This document shows, piece by piece, positions 9,990 through 20,210 of a stretch of DNA of 64,000 bases. The stretch comes from Longimicrobiales bacterium. GTDB lineage: Bacteria; Gemmatimonadota; Gemmatimonadetes; Longimicrobiales; Gaopeijiaceae. A program made the translations under genes and the position numbers. The stretch spans positions 2,432,001 to 2,496,000 of the forward strand of contig OZ241892.1 of the NCBI GenBank assembly GCA_965203485.1, in the 5' to 3' direction. Position 1 is the stretch's first letter; each line of letters begins with the position of its first letter. The notes beneath the pieces were generated by a model, which saw nothing but the letters and a program-made list of their open reading frames with translations, did no database searches and had not been told where the DNA came from.

Positions 9990-11186
9990 CTACGCCCACT
10001 CCACTTCTTGAACTGCGCCCCACGGCACCACCTCGACGCCATTGCGCTGGTGGCGTCGCCCGTCGCCGCCGTAGACGAGCCGCACGGCGGGCTCCAAGTG
10101 CGGATCGGCCTTCAGCGCCCGCTCGGGGAACGTCGCGAGCCCCCGCAGGAAGTCCGGAGCCACAGTTGCGCCCGACTTGGCCTCGACGCCGATCGTGCGC
10201 CGCGCCGCTTCGACGACCAAGTCCAGTTCCAGGCCCCGGGCCTCGCGGAGATGGAAGAGGCCGCCGGGCTCTCCGCGATGGACCCGCGCCTTGAGGATCT
10301 CGGACGCGCACCACGTCTCGAAGAGCGGGCCGCGCAGAGGATGCGCGCGGAGCTGGTCCGGAGCGCGAATCCCCAGCAGTCGGCAGGCGAGCCCCGAGTC
10401 CACGAAGTGCAGCTTGGGCGCCTTGACCAGACGCTTGCGGAGGTTGCGAATCCACGGCGGCACGCGAAAGACGACGAAGCTGGCCTCGAGGACCGACAAC
10501 CATGCCCGGACCGTCGGATGCGTGACGCCCGCGTCGGCCCCTAGCGACGACAGGTTGAGTTCCTGGGCAGTGCGGCCGGCGGCCAACCGCAGAAACGTGC
10601 TGAACGCGGCCAAGTTGGTGACTTGGACTGCTTGGCGCACGTCGCGTTGGACGTAGGTGTCGGCGTAGTCGTTCAGCCATTCGGCGGGCGGGAGCCGACG
10701 GTCGTGAATGCGCGGGTAGCCTCCCGTCCATACGGTGGTCCACAAGTCGGCGGAGCGTTGCCCCGTCTGCCCCGGAAAACGGCGAGTTTCCTCGAGACTC
10801 ATCGGCAGGAGATTGAGCATGGCCATGCGGCCGGCCAAAGATTGGCTGATCGCTTCCGTCAAGCCGAAGCGCTGGGAGCCGGTCAGCACGAACCGGCCGG
10901 GTTGCGGGTCCTCGTCCACCGTTTCGTGCAGGTACGAGAAGAGCCCCGGCACGCGCTGAACCTCGTCGAGAACGACAGGGCCCGGGTATTGTGCGAGGAA
11001 CCCCCTGGGATCGGTTTCGGCGAACTCGCGCATGTCCAGCGGCTCCAGGCTCACGTAGTCGTGACCGGGAAAGCACGCGCGGCACACCGTCGTCTTGCCG
11101 GACTGCCGGGGTCCGGTGACGGCCACAACGGGCGACTGCCGGGCCGCGCGGCGCAACCGGGGCTCCAAGATGCGGGCAATCGTCAT
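9990..11186 (-). CDS. AAA+ ATPase, AAA_14 + DUF4143
   Basis: TGPRQSGKTT, VVLDEVQR, LTGSQ, GGYP, KAPKLHFVDSGL, ELDLV..GVEAKS. Confidence 0.93.
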   Translation of the reverse strand: MTIARILEPRLRRAARQSPVVAVTGPRQSGKTTVCRACFPGHDYVSLEPLDMREFAETDPRGFLAQYPGPVVLDEVQRVPGLFSYLHETVDEDPQPGRFVLTGSQRFGLTEAISQSLAGRMAMLNLLPMSLEETRRFPGQTGQRSADLWTTVWTGGYPRIHDRRLPPAEWLNDYADTYVQRDVRQAVQVTNLAAFSTFLRLAAGRTAQELNLSSLGADAGVTHPTVRAWLSVLEASFVVFRVPPWIRNLRKRLVKAPKLHFVDSGLACRLLGIRAPDQLRAHPLRGPLFETWCASEILKARVHRGEPGGLFHLREARGLELDLVVEAARRTIGVEAKSGATVAPDFLRGLATFPERALKADPHLEPAVRLVYGGDGRRHQRNGVEVVPWGAVQEVEWA

Positions 11187-11216
11187 GCACAAATCGTAAA
11201 ATCCATTTTCAATCTA

Positions 11217-12073
11217 GAACCTATCTCAAAAGGCCGAGATGGTTGAAGAAGATGCAGATGGCGGACAGTTGGACGAACGCCAGGAAGTTCTCGGGATGAT
11301 ATTCCCAACGGACCAACAGCCGGCGCTTCCACTGCATCCACCCGAAGAACCGCTCGACAATCCATCGTCGCTTCGCCCGCCGAAGCCGACGACCGTCCTG
11401 CGTCCGCGGCCGCGTTCGATTGCGCCGGTGCGGCGCGATCATCTCGATGCCTCGCGCACGCAAGGCCGCGTCCAGCGGGTCGCTGTCGTACGCCTTGTCG
11501 CCGATCAAGTTTGCCGGCGTGTCGTCCGTGAACGCCAAGTCCAGCGACAACTGGACGAGCGTCGCCTCGTGAGGATTCGCAGGATGCGTGCTCAACGACA
11601 GCGGAAGACCGCAACGGTCCACGACCGCCATGATCTTCACGCCCTTGCCCGCCTTGGTGTTTCCCACGCCCGCCCCGCCTCCCTTCGCCCGCGCGAACGA
11701 CGCGTCCACGTATGCCTCCGTGCCGTCGAAGAGACCCCGTTGCCTCGCTTCCCCCGCCAAGTCCCTCAGCACCCGTTCGAGCACTCCCGTCCGGACCCAA
11801 GTCTGGAACCTCCGGTGCACGGTCTTGTAGTTCGGATAGTGTTGCGGCAGAAAGCTACACTGGGCGCCCGTGTGCAGAATCCACAGCACAGCTTCGAACA
11901 CGCGCCGGGCGGGCACCGGCGGCCGCCCCAGCCGCTTCCCCTTTTGCGCTTCCTCGGGAAAGTGGTGGCGAATCCGCTCCCACTGCTCGTCGCTCAGCTT
12001 CATCGTCGTCATACCTCGAAGATAAACAACTCCCCGACCCATCGCAACCCATCATGCTTTTTGAGATAGGCTC
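11217..12073 (-). mobile_element. IS5-family insertion sequence, 857 bp
   Basis: Inverted repeats GA(A/G)CCTATCTCAAAA at both ends; TA duplication at 11215-11216 and 12074-12075. Confidence 0.93.
11221..12012 (-). CDS. IS5-family transposase
   Basis: LSDEQWERI..GRPP..AVLWILHTGAQ..YVDASF..GDKAYDS..RWIVERFFGW. Confidence 0.93.
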   Translation of the reverse strand: MTTMKLSDEQWERIRHHFPEEAQKGKRLGRPPVPARRVFEAVLWILHTGAQCSFLPQHYPNYKTVHRRFQTWVRTGVLERVLRDLAGEARQRGLFDGTEAYVDASFARAKGGGAGVGNTKAGKGVKIMAVVDRCGLPLSLSTHPANPHEATLVQLSLDLAFTDDTPANLIGDKAYDSDPLDAALRARGIEMIAPHRRNRTRPRTQDGRRLRRAKRRWIVERFFGWMQWKRRLLVRWEYHPENFLAFVQLSAICIFFNHLGLLR

Positions 12074-12175
12074 TACGCAAGTACACGAAGGCAACGAAGC
12101 CTCCGGCAACGTGCCCGAACCCGCGCCGGAGGCGATCTCGCGGCCCATCAAGGACATCGCGAGGGTCGGAGCCCA

Positions 12176-12207
12176 AAATGATAGCACGGCGGCGCGCATG
12201 CTTTCGC
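12176..12207. repeat. 32-bp direct repeat, copy 2
   Basis: AAATGATAGCACGGCGGCGCGCATGCTTTCGC, 2 bp from the NACHT gene stop codon. Confidence 0.85.
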
Positions 12208-12209
12208 GT

Positions 12210-15200
12210 TCATGTCGTTGCCGATGTCGCCTGGGCCGGAGGACGAGGGTCGCCGACATCGACCACGACCACGCCGATCCGGCCGCTTTGAGCCGGTGCC
12301 AGATTTTGCTTCAAGAGGCTTTCCAGCTCTTCCGCGGTCCGGGGCTTCCGAGTGTTCCCGGGTGGTGTCGTCGTGTCCTCGTCGCCGAACCAGAAGACGA
12401 GATAGATGCCGTGTCCGCCCGACTCGGGAATTCGGGTGTATTTGGCAACTAGTTGCTTGTCGATCGCGCTCCAAAGATCCCGGCTCCCGTTCCACTTGAC
12501 TTCCACGGGCACAGCATGGTCCCCGTACCGGCAAGAAATGTCCGCACGTGTCCCGTCCGAAGATGCGGATTCGATCTGCACGACGACATCTTCGGGCAAG
12601 CGCAGCTGAAGGTCCGACGCAAACGCGTCGCGGCACGCTTCTTCTGGGCGCGGCCTCTTCGGCTGTTTGTGCTGGTCCACATTCCAGTATTGCTTCCAGT
12701 CGCAGGTCGCGCCGTCGCGGATATTCCGGCCAAGAATCCTCATGCGATCTTCAACTAAGGCGGCAAGGTCCGCGACGTTCGCGGGCGTCTCGTCGCGAAG
12801 AACATCGCGAACTTGGACCACGCTGGGCACGCGGTACTCCGCTTTTCGGCGAAGAACGACCTGCTCGTCGCGAGCACGCTCGACGTCGTTGTGCCACGCT
12901 TCGACCGCATCGTCGTCCAGCAACGAACCAAGAGCTTCGCCCGCCTCCGGCGTCGGACTTTGCGCCAACACGCGCATCAGCCGCCTGATTACTTCTACTT
13001 CAATTGATTCCTCTGCGTACACTGGTCGAAACCGCCGGGCCAACGCCCGAAGCAACGTTGTCGCATGGGCAACATCGTCGGCTGTCCGTCCCGACCAAGG
13101 CAAGTCGTCCCGGTTCCGTGCCGTCGCCAAGAACTCGACCAAGTGCCGCGCTCGCGCGTTGCCACGGCCTGCCTCCACGAATTCGATGGCCGGAGACGTG
13201 AAGTCGCCCGGCGCCAAGAGCACTCCCGCCGCCAGCCATGTCGCCCTCTGGGCCGAGTCCATGCCTTTCGCCTCGATCCTATTACGGACGCGCTTTGCCA
13301 CTTCGTCCGGCACGTGACGGCTGGCCGCGACCAACATCCGCCGCAGCATCGCTACCTGGGAAAGATCGCAACGTGTCGGAAACACGTTGAGCAAGCGCGG
13401 CAACGCCAACTTCGCCACGCCGGCGGACGCGTCGTATAGCGCCGCGGGTGGGACCGGCTTCCCAGGCCATCCGGAACGAACGAAAGATCTGTGGACCTTG
13501 ACGAAGACGTCTGCCACATCGTCGGGACGGCTTTCCAGAGATCGACGGAACCACCACGGCTCCCAGGGGCTCCACGGCGGTTCGTACAAGAGATGGCACG
13601 CGACCGCCGTGCGCATCAACGACGGGTCGAGGTTGCCGAACGCATCGTGGTCGGTAATTGTCATGGCAATGCTCGCCAGAATCGGTCGCGCTATGTACCG
13701 TTCCCATCCGTTCTCGCACTCCTCTATCAGGTCATCAACGCCAGGAAGATCCCTTCGCTCCAGAATTCCACGCAATCCGATTCTCGCCCACTCCAGCACT
13801 TCGTGTTCTGCCACTTCGTGTTCCGCGTTCGTCTTCAAACCGCGATCGGACGCACCAGCCAGGAGTCGGTCGTCACTGTCTTCAGGAGATTTGGCTTTCA
13901 GGTGCGCCAAGTAGACCTTGGCCAGAGAGTGCAGCAACGGTAGCGGGGCTTGCCCGCGGCGCAAAGCGTTCTCGTGTCCTCGTGCCCAGTTCGTCAGATC
14001 GGCAAACCGCCCTCGATCCGCCTTGTGCTCCACGATGGGATTCGCTTCCTTCCTTCGCGCTTCCTGTTCGTTGTCGTCGCGTGCGATTCGATGCAAGTGA
14101 TCCACCAATGCTGCGCTACTCCCTGCAGCCTTCTCCATCGTCGGCAGCCACGTCGGCGGCAATCCACGCAGACGATGCGGCTGCACAGCCCACTCGACAA
14201 GCTCGCAGGCACTCTTCGGGTGCGTCGTGTGCATCTCCAATGCTCGCTCAAGACACCAATTCGGAAAGTCTGCCGGAAAAGCTCGGCCGAAGATCAGCAT
14301 TGAGAACTCTCGCTTCTCGAGTATCGAACCCGTGCTGTACTTCCGAAGGAACTCCAAGTAAATTGCGCGTTGCGCATCGGGATGGGCCGCAAACCAAAGC
14401 TTCACCGTCCGAATTGGACGGTTCGCGTTGCTCGGCGCGACGCCGTAGGTCGAAAAACCGAGTTCGCTGGCGTTCGTTATGACGGACCTGCAGAAACCAT
14501 CCGACGCACGTTCACTCCGTTCGTGTTGGTCGTGCCGCCACCCGGTTCTCGAATCGTAGGCCACGAACTTGATCCATCGAAGGAGATCGGACGCCGACAT
14601 GAGTTCGCCGCGCAACTCAACGGCGCGGGCGAGCAATCGCCACGGCAAAGCCGCCAGCGCGTTCGGCCAAGAACCTGTGGACTTGGACGGGTCTCGAGAG
14701 AGGACGTCCATAAGCACTGGTATGTCGTCGGAATCAGACTGCGACAAGAGCTTGTCTCGCCAGAACGTCGTGTAATAGCCACCCCGCGCGAAGGCCATAC
14801 GAGCACCGCTCCCGCGTGCCAAGTCTTCGTCGGATGCGTCCTTGAAGCTCTGAAAGCCGTCCAGGTAGTTCCATATTTTATTGGGTGGAATGCGACGCGG
14901 ATAAAGGTGGCCAAGCAGGGCGCCCCTTAGATCCCAACCCTCGTCGGAAACGCGCCCTTCCACCATATCGTCCAGCAGTTGCCGGAGCATCTCGTCTTCG
15001 GCCAGATGACCGGCCGCCCTTAGTGCGGCAAACCTGACGGAGTCCGGCCATGTCGCGTCTCGGGCGGCCGCGATCACCCTCTTGGCCATGTCGGGGCTCA
15101 CGCCGGGCGACATCGCACGCGGAAGCGCGCAATTCGTTGCAACGCCTTCCAACAAGACCTCTACAACGACCTGCGTGCCATGTGACCGGTCTTTGCCGTT

Positions 15201-16490
15201 CAAGCAATCGATCAGCACGTCGAACGTCTCCGGAGAAACCAAGGCCGCAACGGCCAGATCGGAGTACCACCACACGTCTCGCCATTCCTCGGACCGCTCT
15301 CCGAGGCGACGCAAGAGGTGAAGCTTGCTGTCGGCGCTCAAGTCGTTCGCGTCGCCATAGAACAGCACGCCTATGGGATCGCAGTCGATAAGGTCCGCGC
15401 TCGCCAAGGAGCAAAGGCAAGCCAACCAAGCGGCCAGTCCGCGAAGCGAAGCCGCGATGCCGCCGTCTCCGTCCTTCATCAGCGCCAGCACGCGCGTCGC
15501 CGGAAGGCCGTCTTCGATCCTTTTGCTCAAGTGACTAGCGGCCAGAAACTCCGTGACGCGGTTGTGAACCGGCATGAAGCAACCGGGACGCCGAACGGCA
15601 AAGAGCTTGCTGGCCAGCGCGCGCTTGGCCGCCTGATCCGCAACCAAGTCGTCCAGGGCCGGCCAGTCCACGCTCGACACACTGCGCCGATCGGCCACGC
15701 CGTCCTTGCCGGACAACAGCAACAGTGCCGACAACCGAGCCGCGGCGGCCACAATCTCTTCTCCGGCGACAATGTTGCCGCCGTCCGCATCGAGGTGCTC
15801 GTCATTGCGCTCCACGGCCAAGTTGCGACACGCCATCTCGAACACTTCCCGCCGGGTGGCGGGCCATCCGTCATCCTTGACCGCATCCGAGAGAAGTCCG
15901 AGAGACAACGGGTTGGCCCGCAGTCCGGCCAAGCCCCGGGCGTCGGCGTCCAGCAGAAAACCGTCGGCATCCTCGCGTCCGCGGAGGCGCAGGAATTCCT
16001 CGGGTGCACCGGGATCGGAATCGAGAGGATTCAACTGCAACAGCAGGGTCTCCGCGTAGCCTTCCAACGAACGAATCTCGTTGCGGTCTCCCGCCAGCCA
16101 GTCGGCGGCTCGGCAAGAGAGTCGCATCTTTGGATTGCCGATGTCCGCCAAGCGCTCCAAGAGCTTGTCCAACGGGCGACGAGGATCCCCTTCTCCAGCA
16201 CGCGCTTCGTCCAGTGCGTCGAGAAAGAGGGTCTTGTCGCGCCATTTGGAAGCAGGGCAACTCGACCGAAGAAAGCGACGGACCGTCACGTATTCGCCGT
16301 TCGTCAGCTTCGCTTCGGCCCTGAAGGCGGTGGTCTTTCCCGCTCCGGGATCGCCGAGCAAGACGTATGCGCGAGCGGGCCGAAAGGCGGCCAGGGGCTT
16401 GGACTCGGAACCGGACGATCCATTCTCTCGCCGAATCTCGGTCGCGGACCTCTGCAACACGCCGTCCATCCCTCCTGCGGACACGGTCAT
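12210..16490 (-). CDS. large STAND/NACHT NTPase with long helical region and C-terminal PD-(D/E)xK nuclease
   Basis: Walker A VLLGDPGAGKTT, Walker B LFLDALDE, RLSCR, NPLSLGLL, HNRVTEFLAA; C-terminus EEACRD...RADI...VPVEVK...QLVAKY...GIYLVFWFG. Start is 16490 (ATGA overlap) or 16469 (AGGAGG RBS). Confidence 0.88.
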   Translation of the reverse strand: MTVSAGGMDGVLQRSATEIRRENGSSGSESKPLAAFRPARAYVLLGDPGAGKTTAFRAEAKLTNGEYVTVRRFLRSSCPASKWRDKTLFLDALDEARAGEGDPRRPLDKLLERLADIGNPKMRLSCRAADWLAGDRNEIRSLEGYAETLLLQLNPLDSDPGAPEEFLRLRGREDADGFLLDADARGLAGLRANPLSLGLLSDAVKDDGWPATRREVFEMACRNLAVERNDEHLDADGGNIVAGEEIVAAAARLSALLLLSGKDGVADRRSVSSVDWPALDDLVADQAAKRALASKLFAVRRPGCFMPVHNRVTEFLAASHLSKRIEDGLPATRVLALMKDGDGGIAASLRGLAAWLACLCSLASADLIDCDPIGVLFYGDANDLSADSKLHLLRRLGERSEEWRDVWWYSDLAVAALVSPETFDVLIDCLNGKDRSHGTQVVVEVLLEGVATNCALPRAMSPGVSPDMAKRVIAAARDATWPDSVRFAALRAAGHLAEDEMLRQLLDDMVEGRVSDEGWDLRGALLGHLYPRRIPPNKIWNYLDGFQSFKDASDEDLARGSGARMAFARGGYYTTFWRDKLLSQSDSDDIPVLMDVLSRDPSKSTGSWPNALAALPWRLLARAVELRGELMSASDLLRWIKFVAYDSRTGWRHDQHERSERASDGFCRSVITNASELGFSTYGVAPSNANRPIRTVKLWFAAHPDAQRAIYLEFLRKYSTGSILEKREFSMLIFGRAFPADFPNWCLERALEMHTTHPKSACELVEWAVQPHRLRGLPPTWLPTMEKAAGSSAALVDHLHRIARDDNEQEARRKEANPIVEHKADRGRFADLTNWARGHENALRRGQAPLPLLHSLAKVYLAHLKAKSPEDSDDRLLAGASDRGLKTNAEHEVAEHEVLEWARIGLRGILERRDLPGVDDLIEECENGWERYIARPILASIAMTITDHDAFGNLDPSLMRTAVACHLLYEPPWSPWEPWWFRRSLESRPDDVADVFVKVHRSFVRSGWPGKPVPPAALYDASAGVAKLALPRLLNVFPTRCDLSQVAMLRRMLVAASRHVPDEVAKRVRNRIEAKGMDSAQRATWLAAGVLLAPGDFTSPAIEFVEAGRGNARARHLVEFLATARNRDDLPWSGRTADDVAHATTLLRALARRFRPVYAEESIEVEVIRRLMRVLAQSPTPEAGEALGSLLDDDAVEAWHNDVERARDEQVVLRRKAEYRVPSVVQVRDVLRDETPANVADLAALVEDRMRILGRNIRDGATCDWKQYWNVDQHKQPKRPRPEEACRDAFASDLQLRLPEDVVVQIESASSDGTRADISCRYGDHAVPVEVKWNGSRDLWSAIDKQLVAKYTRIPESGGHGIYLVFWFGDEDTTTPPGNTRKPRTAEELESLLKQNLAPAQSGRIGVVVVDVGDPRPPAQATSATT

Positions 16491-17770
16491 CCCTCTTGGA
16501 GCCAGTAGTCGGCCGACTCGGAGAGAAACTCGTTGAGCGGAACGCCCTTGCGGCCCACGGCTTCCTTCGGGCCGACGACAAGCGTCCGCGCGCCCGGGAA
16601 TCGCTCCCTGAATCTCTCCATGCCGCCGAGCGAGCGCGGTTGCGATCCGCTCTTGACCTCGATGCCCAACAAGCGGGAGCCTCCTGAAAGCACGAAGTCC
16701 ACCTCGCGGTCCTTGTCCCTCCAATAGTGGAGCTGCGTGCCGACGGTGCGCGCGTTGTGCAGATGCGCCCCGACGACGGTCTCGACCAAGCGACCCCAGA
16801 ACGACGCGTCCGCGCGAGCGCTGGCGGGATCGTGGCCCGACAACGCCGTCACCAGCGCAGAGTCGAGCGCGTTGAGCTTCGGGCTGGACGCTCTGGCCAA
16901 ATGCGGTCTGGGAGAATACCGGGACAGTCCCGCGGCGAGGCCGGCTTCGGAGAGCAAATGCAGATAGTCCGCGACCGTGTTAGTGCTACCTGCTTCGTCC
17001 ATCTGGCCCACCATCTTGCCGAAGGACATGATTTGCCCGGAGTAGCCGGAGACCATCGCCATCAGCGACCGCATGAGCGCCGGCTTGTCCACGCGAACCC
17101 AAGAGACGATGTCGCGCCCGGTGACCGGAGCGAGGATCCCGTTGACGACGAACTCGCGCCAACGGACCAGGTCGCCCTTCAACCGGGCGGCGCCCGGATA
17201 GCCTCCAAAGAACAAGTAGTCGTCCAGCGTGAAGTCGAAGGCGCTTGCCATCTCGTCGAGCGACCATTGCCGCACCGGGACCGGCATGATGCGGCCAACC
17301 AAGCTCTCGTTGACCCCCGTGAGCATCGACCAGGGGGCGGAGCCCGAAATGACGACCCGCAGGCGACGGCCCTCCGCTCGGTCCCGGTCCCAGAGCCCCT
17401 TGACCAGCCCCGACCAGTTGTCGATGTGCTGGATTTCGTCGAGCGCCAGGGCGAAGCCCTCCGGGAAGAGCCCGGCCTGCGCGCGAGCTTGCTCCCACAC
17501 GCCCAGCAGCCAATCCGCGTCGGGCTTCGCGTAGCTCGACCGGATCCTCGCCTCGTCGCGCGAGGACGAACTCCAAGCCGGAACGCTCGATGCCTGCGGG
17601 TCGTCGACGGCGACGTACCACCACGGAAGTTTCGCCCTCTTGAGCGCTTGGCGGACCAGCGTGGTCTTGCCCGTCTGGCGAGGGCCGGTCACAGCCACGA
17701 TCAGGCCGGGCTCGGGCTCACGGAGGAGGTCGGCCACTTGGGCGGCGTGGGGTCGATGGAAGCGGTGCAT
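16487..17770 (-). CDS. AAA+ ATPase, AAA_14 + DUF4143
   Basis: TGPRQTGKTT, LALDEIQH, SGS, GGYPG, SSPKL, REVDFV..GIEVKSG. Confidence 0.92.
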   Translation of the reverse strand: MHRFHRPHAAQVADLLREPEPGLIVAVTGPRQTGKTTLVRQALKRAKLPWWYVAVDDPQASSVPAWSSSSRDEARIRSSYAKPDADWLLGVWEQARAQAGLFPEGFALALDEIQHIDNWSGLVKGLWDRDRAEGRRLRVVISGSAPWSMLTGVNESLVGRIMPVPVRQWSLDEMASAFDFTLDDYLFFGGYPGAARLKGDLVRWREFVVNGILAPVTGRDIVSWVRVDKPALMRSLMAMVSGYSGQIMSFGKMVGQMDEAGSTNTVADYLHLLSEAGLAAGLSRYSPRPHLARASSPKLNALDSALVTALSGHDPASARADASFWGRLVETVVGAHLHNARTVGTQLHYWRDKDREVDFVLSGGSRLLGIEVKSGSQPRSLGGMERFRERFPGARTLVVGPKEAVGRKGVPLNEFLSESADYWLQEG

Positions 17771-17808
17771 GAATGAAAAGTAACTTACTGAACGAATATC
17801 ATCAATGG

Positions 17809-17836
17809 ATTATATACGGGGTGAAAGGGCGGCCAA
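17809..17836 (-). promoter_or_regulatory. putative sigma70 promoter of the defence island
   Basis: Minus strand TTGGCC-16 bp-TATAAT in an AT-rich gap about 40 bp upstream of ATG 17770. Confidence 0.5.
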
Positions 17837-17913
17837 GAACGCAAAGGACGGCCCCCCGAGCAAGTCGGTGAGTCGGCATCGTGGTTGTGGCGGGCGCGAC
17901 GGCGCCGGAAGGC

Positions 17914-18690
17914 TCAGATCAGCGACTTTCCCTGCGCCCCGTCCACGGCGATGCAGGCGCCCGTGATCAGGCTGGCCCGTTCCGACGCGAGGAAGGCCAC
18001 CACGTCCCCCACCTCGTCGGCCCGGCCAAAGCGGCCCAGCGGCAGGTTCGCCGCCACGAACGCCTTCATCCCCTCGGGATCCGCCTTCACCCGCTTGTCC
18101 CAGCTGCCGCCCTCGAAACGGATCGAGCCCGGCGCGACGCAGTTGACGCGGATGCTCTCGGGCGCGAGTTCCAAGGCCATGATTCCCGCCGCCGAGATGA
18201 GGGCCGACTTGGTGGCGTTGTAGATGGACAGGCCCGGGCCGCCCTTCTCCCGCCCGAACACCGAAGAGACGAACACGATCGAGCCGCCCCCGGCTTCGCG
18301 CATCAGGGGCACGGCCGCCCGGCTGGCCCGCAGTCCCGACATCACGTTGAGCTGGATCACGTCCATCCAGTCGTCGTCCGACGTCTCCTCGAAACGGCCC
18401 CGCCGGTTGCCGCCCACGTTGTTGACCAGGACGTCGAGAACGCCGTAGCGCTGGGCGGCGGCCTCCACGAACCCTGTCGCGCCCGACGGCGCGGCGACGT
18501 CCAGCGGCACGGCCACGACCTCGGCTCCGGTCCGGCGAAGTTGCTCCGCCGCCGCTTCCAGCCCGGCGGCATCGCGGGCGCACACGGCCAGCTTCGCACC
18601 CTCTTCGGCCAGCGAGCGCGCGATGGCGAAGCCCAGTCCCCGGCTGGCTCCGGTGACCGCGGCAACCTTTCCGGCGAGCTTCAGGTCCAT
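17914..18690 (-). CDS. short-chain dehydrogenase/reductase (FabG-like)
   Basis: TGASRGLG, LVNNVG, SS, YNATK, IRVNCVAPG, VDG. Confidence 0.95.
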   Translation of the reverse strand: MDLKLAGKVAAVTGASRGLGFAIARSLAEEGAKLAVCARDAAGLEAAAEQLRRTGAEVVAVPLDVAAPSGATGFVEAAAQRYGVLDVLVNNVGGNRRGRFEETSDDDWMDVIQLNVMSGLRASRAAVPLMREAGGGSIVFVSSVFGREKGGPGLSIYNATKSALISAAGIMALELAPESIRVNCVAPGSIRFEGGSWDKRVKADPEGMKAFVAANLPLGRFGRADEVGDVVAFLASERASLITGACIAVDGAQGKSLI

Positions 18691-19268
18691 GGGCCGGCGG
18701 ACCCATTGGGTGGCGGTGCGGTCATGGACAAAATCATTGGGTGCTCCTTTCGTCGTCGGCTAGGTACGGCCGCCCGCTCGTTGACAAGGCGTTGCGAAGC
18801 GGTCGAGCATCAGACTAATGTACAGCTTCGCGTCGCGGTTTCCGGGGTCACGCAAGGGGACTGGGTGTCGCGCCAATTTGGAAATGTCCGGTCTCGGTGG
18901 GAGCGGGCCGCCCACCAGCCGCCCACCAGGACGACGGCATCCTGCAATTCCGTTCCGTTCACGGGCCGCACCCTGCGCGCCTCCGCGCCCGCATGCCCGC
19001 GAAGCTCGGCCCCCAACGCAACCAGGGCATGCCAGTCCTCCACGCGGCCACGGCCGACACCCCCGTCTTGACGCCCTTGGAGACGCGGCATAGCGCACGA
19101 CCTCTCCCACGATCGTCATGTCCACCTTGGCGTCGGCGAGTTCGTCGTCTGGCACAGTCAGAACGGCCGCGGGCAAGGCGCTGGAGAGGGCACCGTGCGT
19201 GGCCACGGCGGCCTTGCTGACGAAAAATGACACTCCCAGATTCGGCCTCCCTGCGTATCCTACCTATG

Positions 19269-19306
19269 CAAGCGGTGGTTCCACAATCAAGCGGTGGTTT
19301 CACAAC
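19269..19306. repeat. tandem 19-bp repeat x2
   Basis: CAAGCGGTGGTTCCACAAT / CAAGCGGTGGTTTCACAAC. Confidence 0.75.
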
Positions 19307-19859
19307 CCAGCAAGGACGTCGCATGAACCGCTTCATCCTCAACCTGCTGGCCTGGGGCGACCATCCTGGTCGGGGGATGGATGCTCCTGTCGCCGTCTTG
19401 GCATCACGGGTTGCGGGGCCGCCGGTCAAACCGGCTCATGCGCCGAAGTTGCGCGAGCAGGTGTTTGCGCTGGCGGCGGAGTCGCTCTACGCGGCTTCGG
19501 GGCCGACGTTGCTGGCCGGGCAAGCGCGGCGCGAAGGCCGGGGCGGCCCGCGTGCGGCCCGGTTGCGGATCGTCGTCGAGCGGCGCCTGTTTCTCCTTCC
19601 TCTGCGCGCCGATGTTTTCCCTACGATCTACGGTAGCGCAACGCCTGCGGGGATCACATTGGGCTCTTTCTGCGTCCTCATGGCGATGTAATGGATGGAT
19701 GGATCGATCTTTGATGTCCCCTCCGATTCTGGCGATCTACTTCTCTAGCATGGCACGGAGCCTCATGACTGCTTCTTGATTCCACATTAACAATAGAACA
19801 TTACTTACTGGAACAAGTATATCGTCTACACAGTCGGCATAAGACAAAAGGAAGACGCA

Positions 19860-20210
19860 ATGAGCGAGAAAATATCATTAAGACGAATGAGTTTGTTCCT
19901 TGTTCTTGGAGGAGCGGCAGGTATCGCCTTGGGTCGGATGCTTCCTCAGGCCTGGGATGTCCCCGAAGCAACCGTAGGCCTGGGAACGTTGGGCGCCGTC
20001 GTATCCCTGGTAGCCTTCTGGTGGACAGAACCCGAGGGGCTCACGACAGACCAGCGGGCAGTTCTCAAGACGCAGGGTCTGTTCGCTGCAGGCTGGCTGG
20101 TACTGGTCTCCACACCAACCTTCCTCGTAGCGGGGCCGGAGCCGATGATAATTTCGGCTGTGGCAGGCGGATTGATCGCGTCATTGCTTTGGGTGGTGCG
20201 CCTGCGATGA
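19860..20210 (+). CDS. small 4-TM membrane protein
   Basis: 116 aa with four hydrophobic segments; AAGGAAG RBS; AT-rich upstream region. Confidence 0.65.
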   Translation: MSEKISLRRMSLFLVLGGAAGIALGRMLPQAWDVPEATVGLGTLGAVVSLVAFWWTEPEGLTTDQRAVLKTQGLFAAGWLVLVSTPTFLVAGPEPMIISAVAGGLIASLLWVVRLR

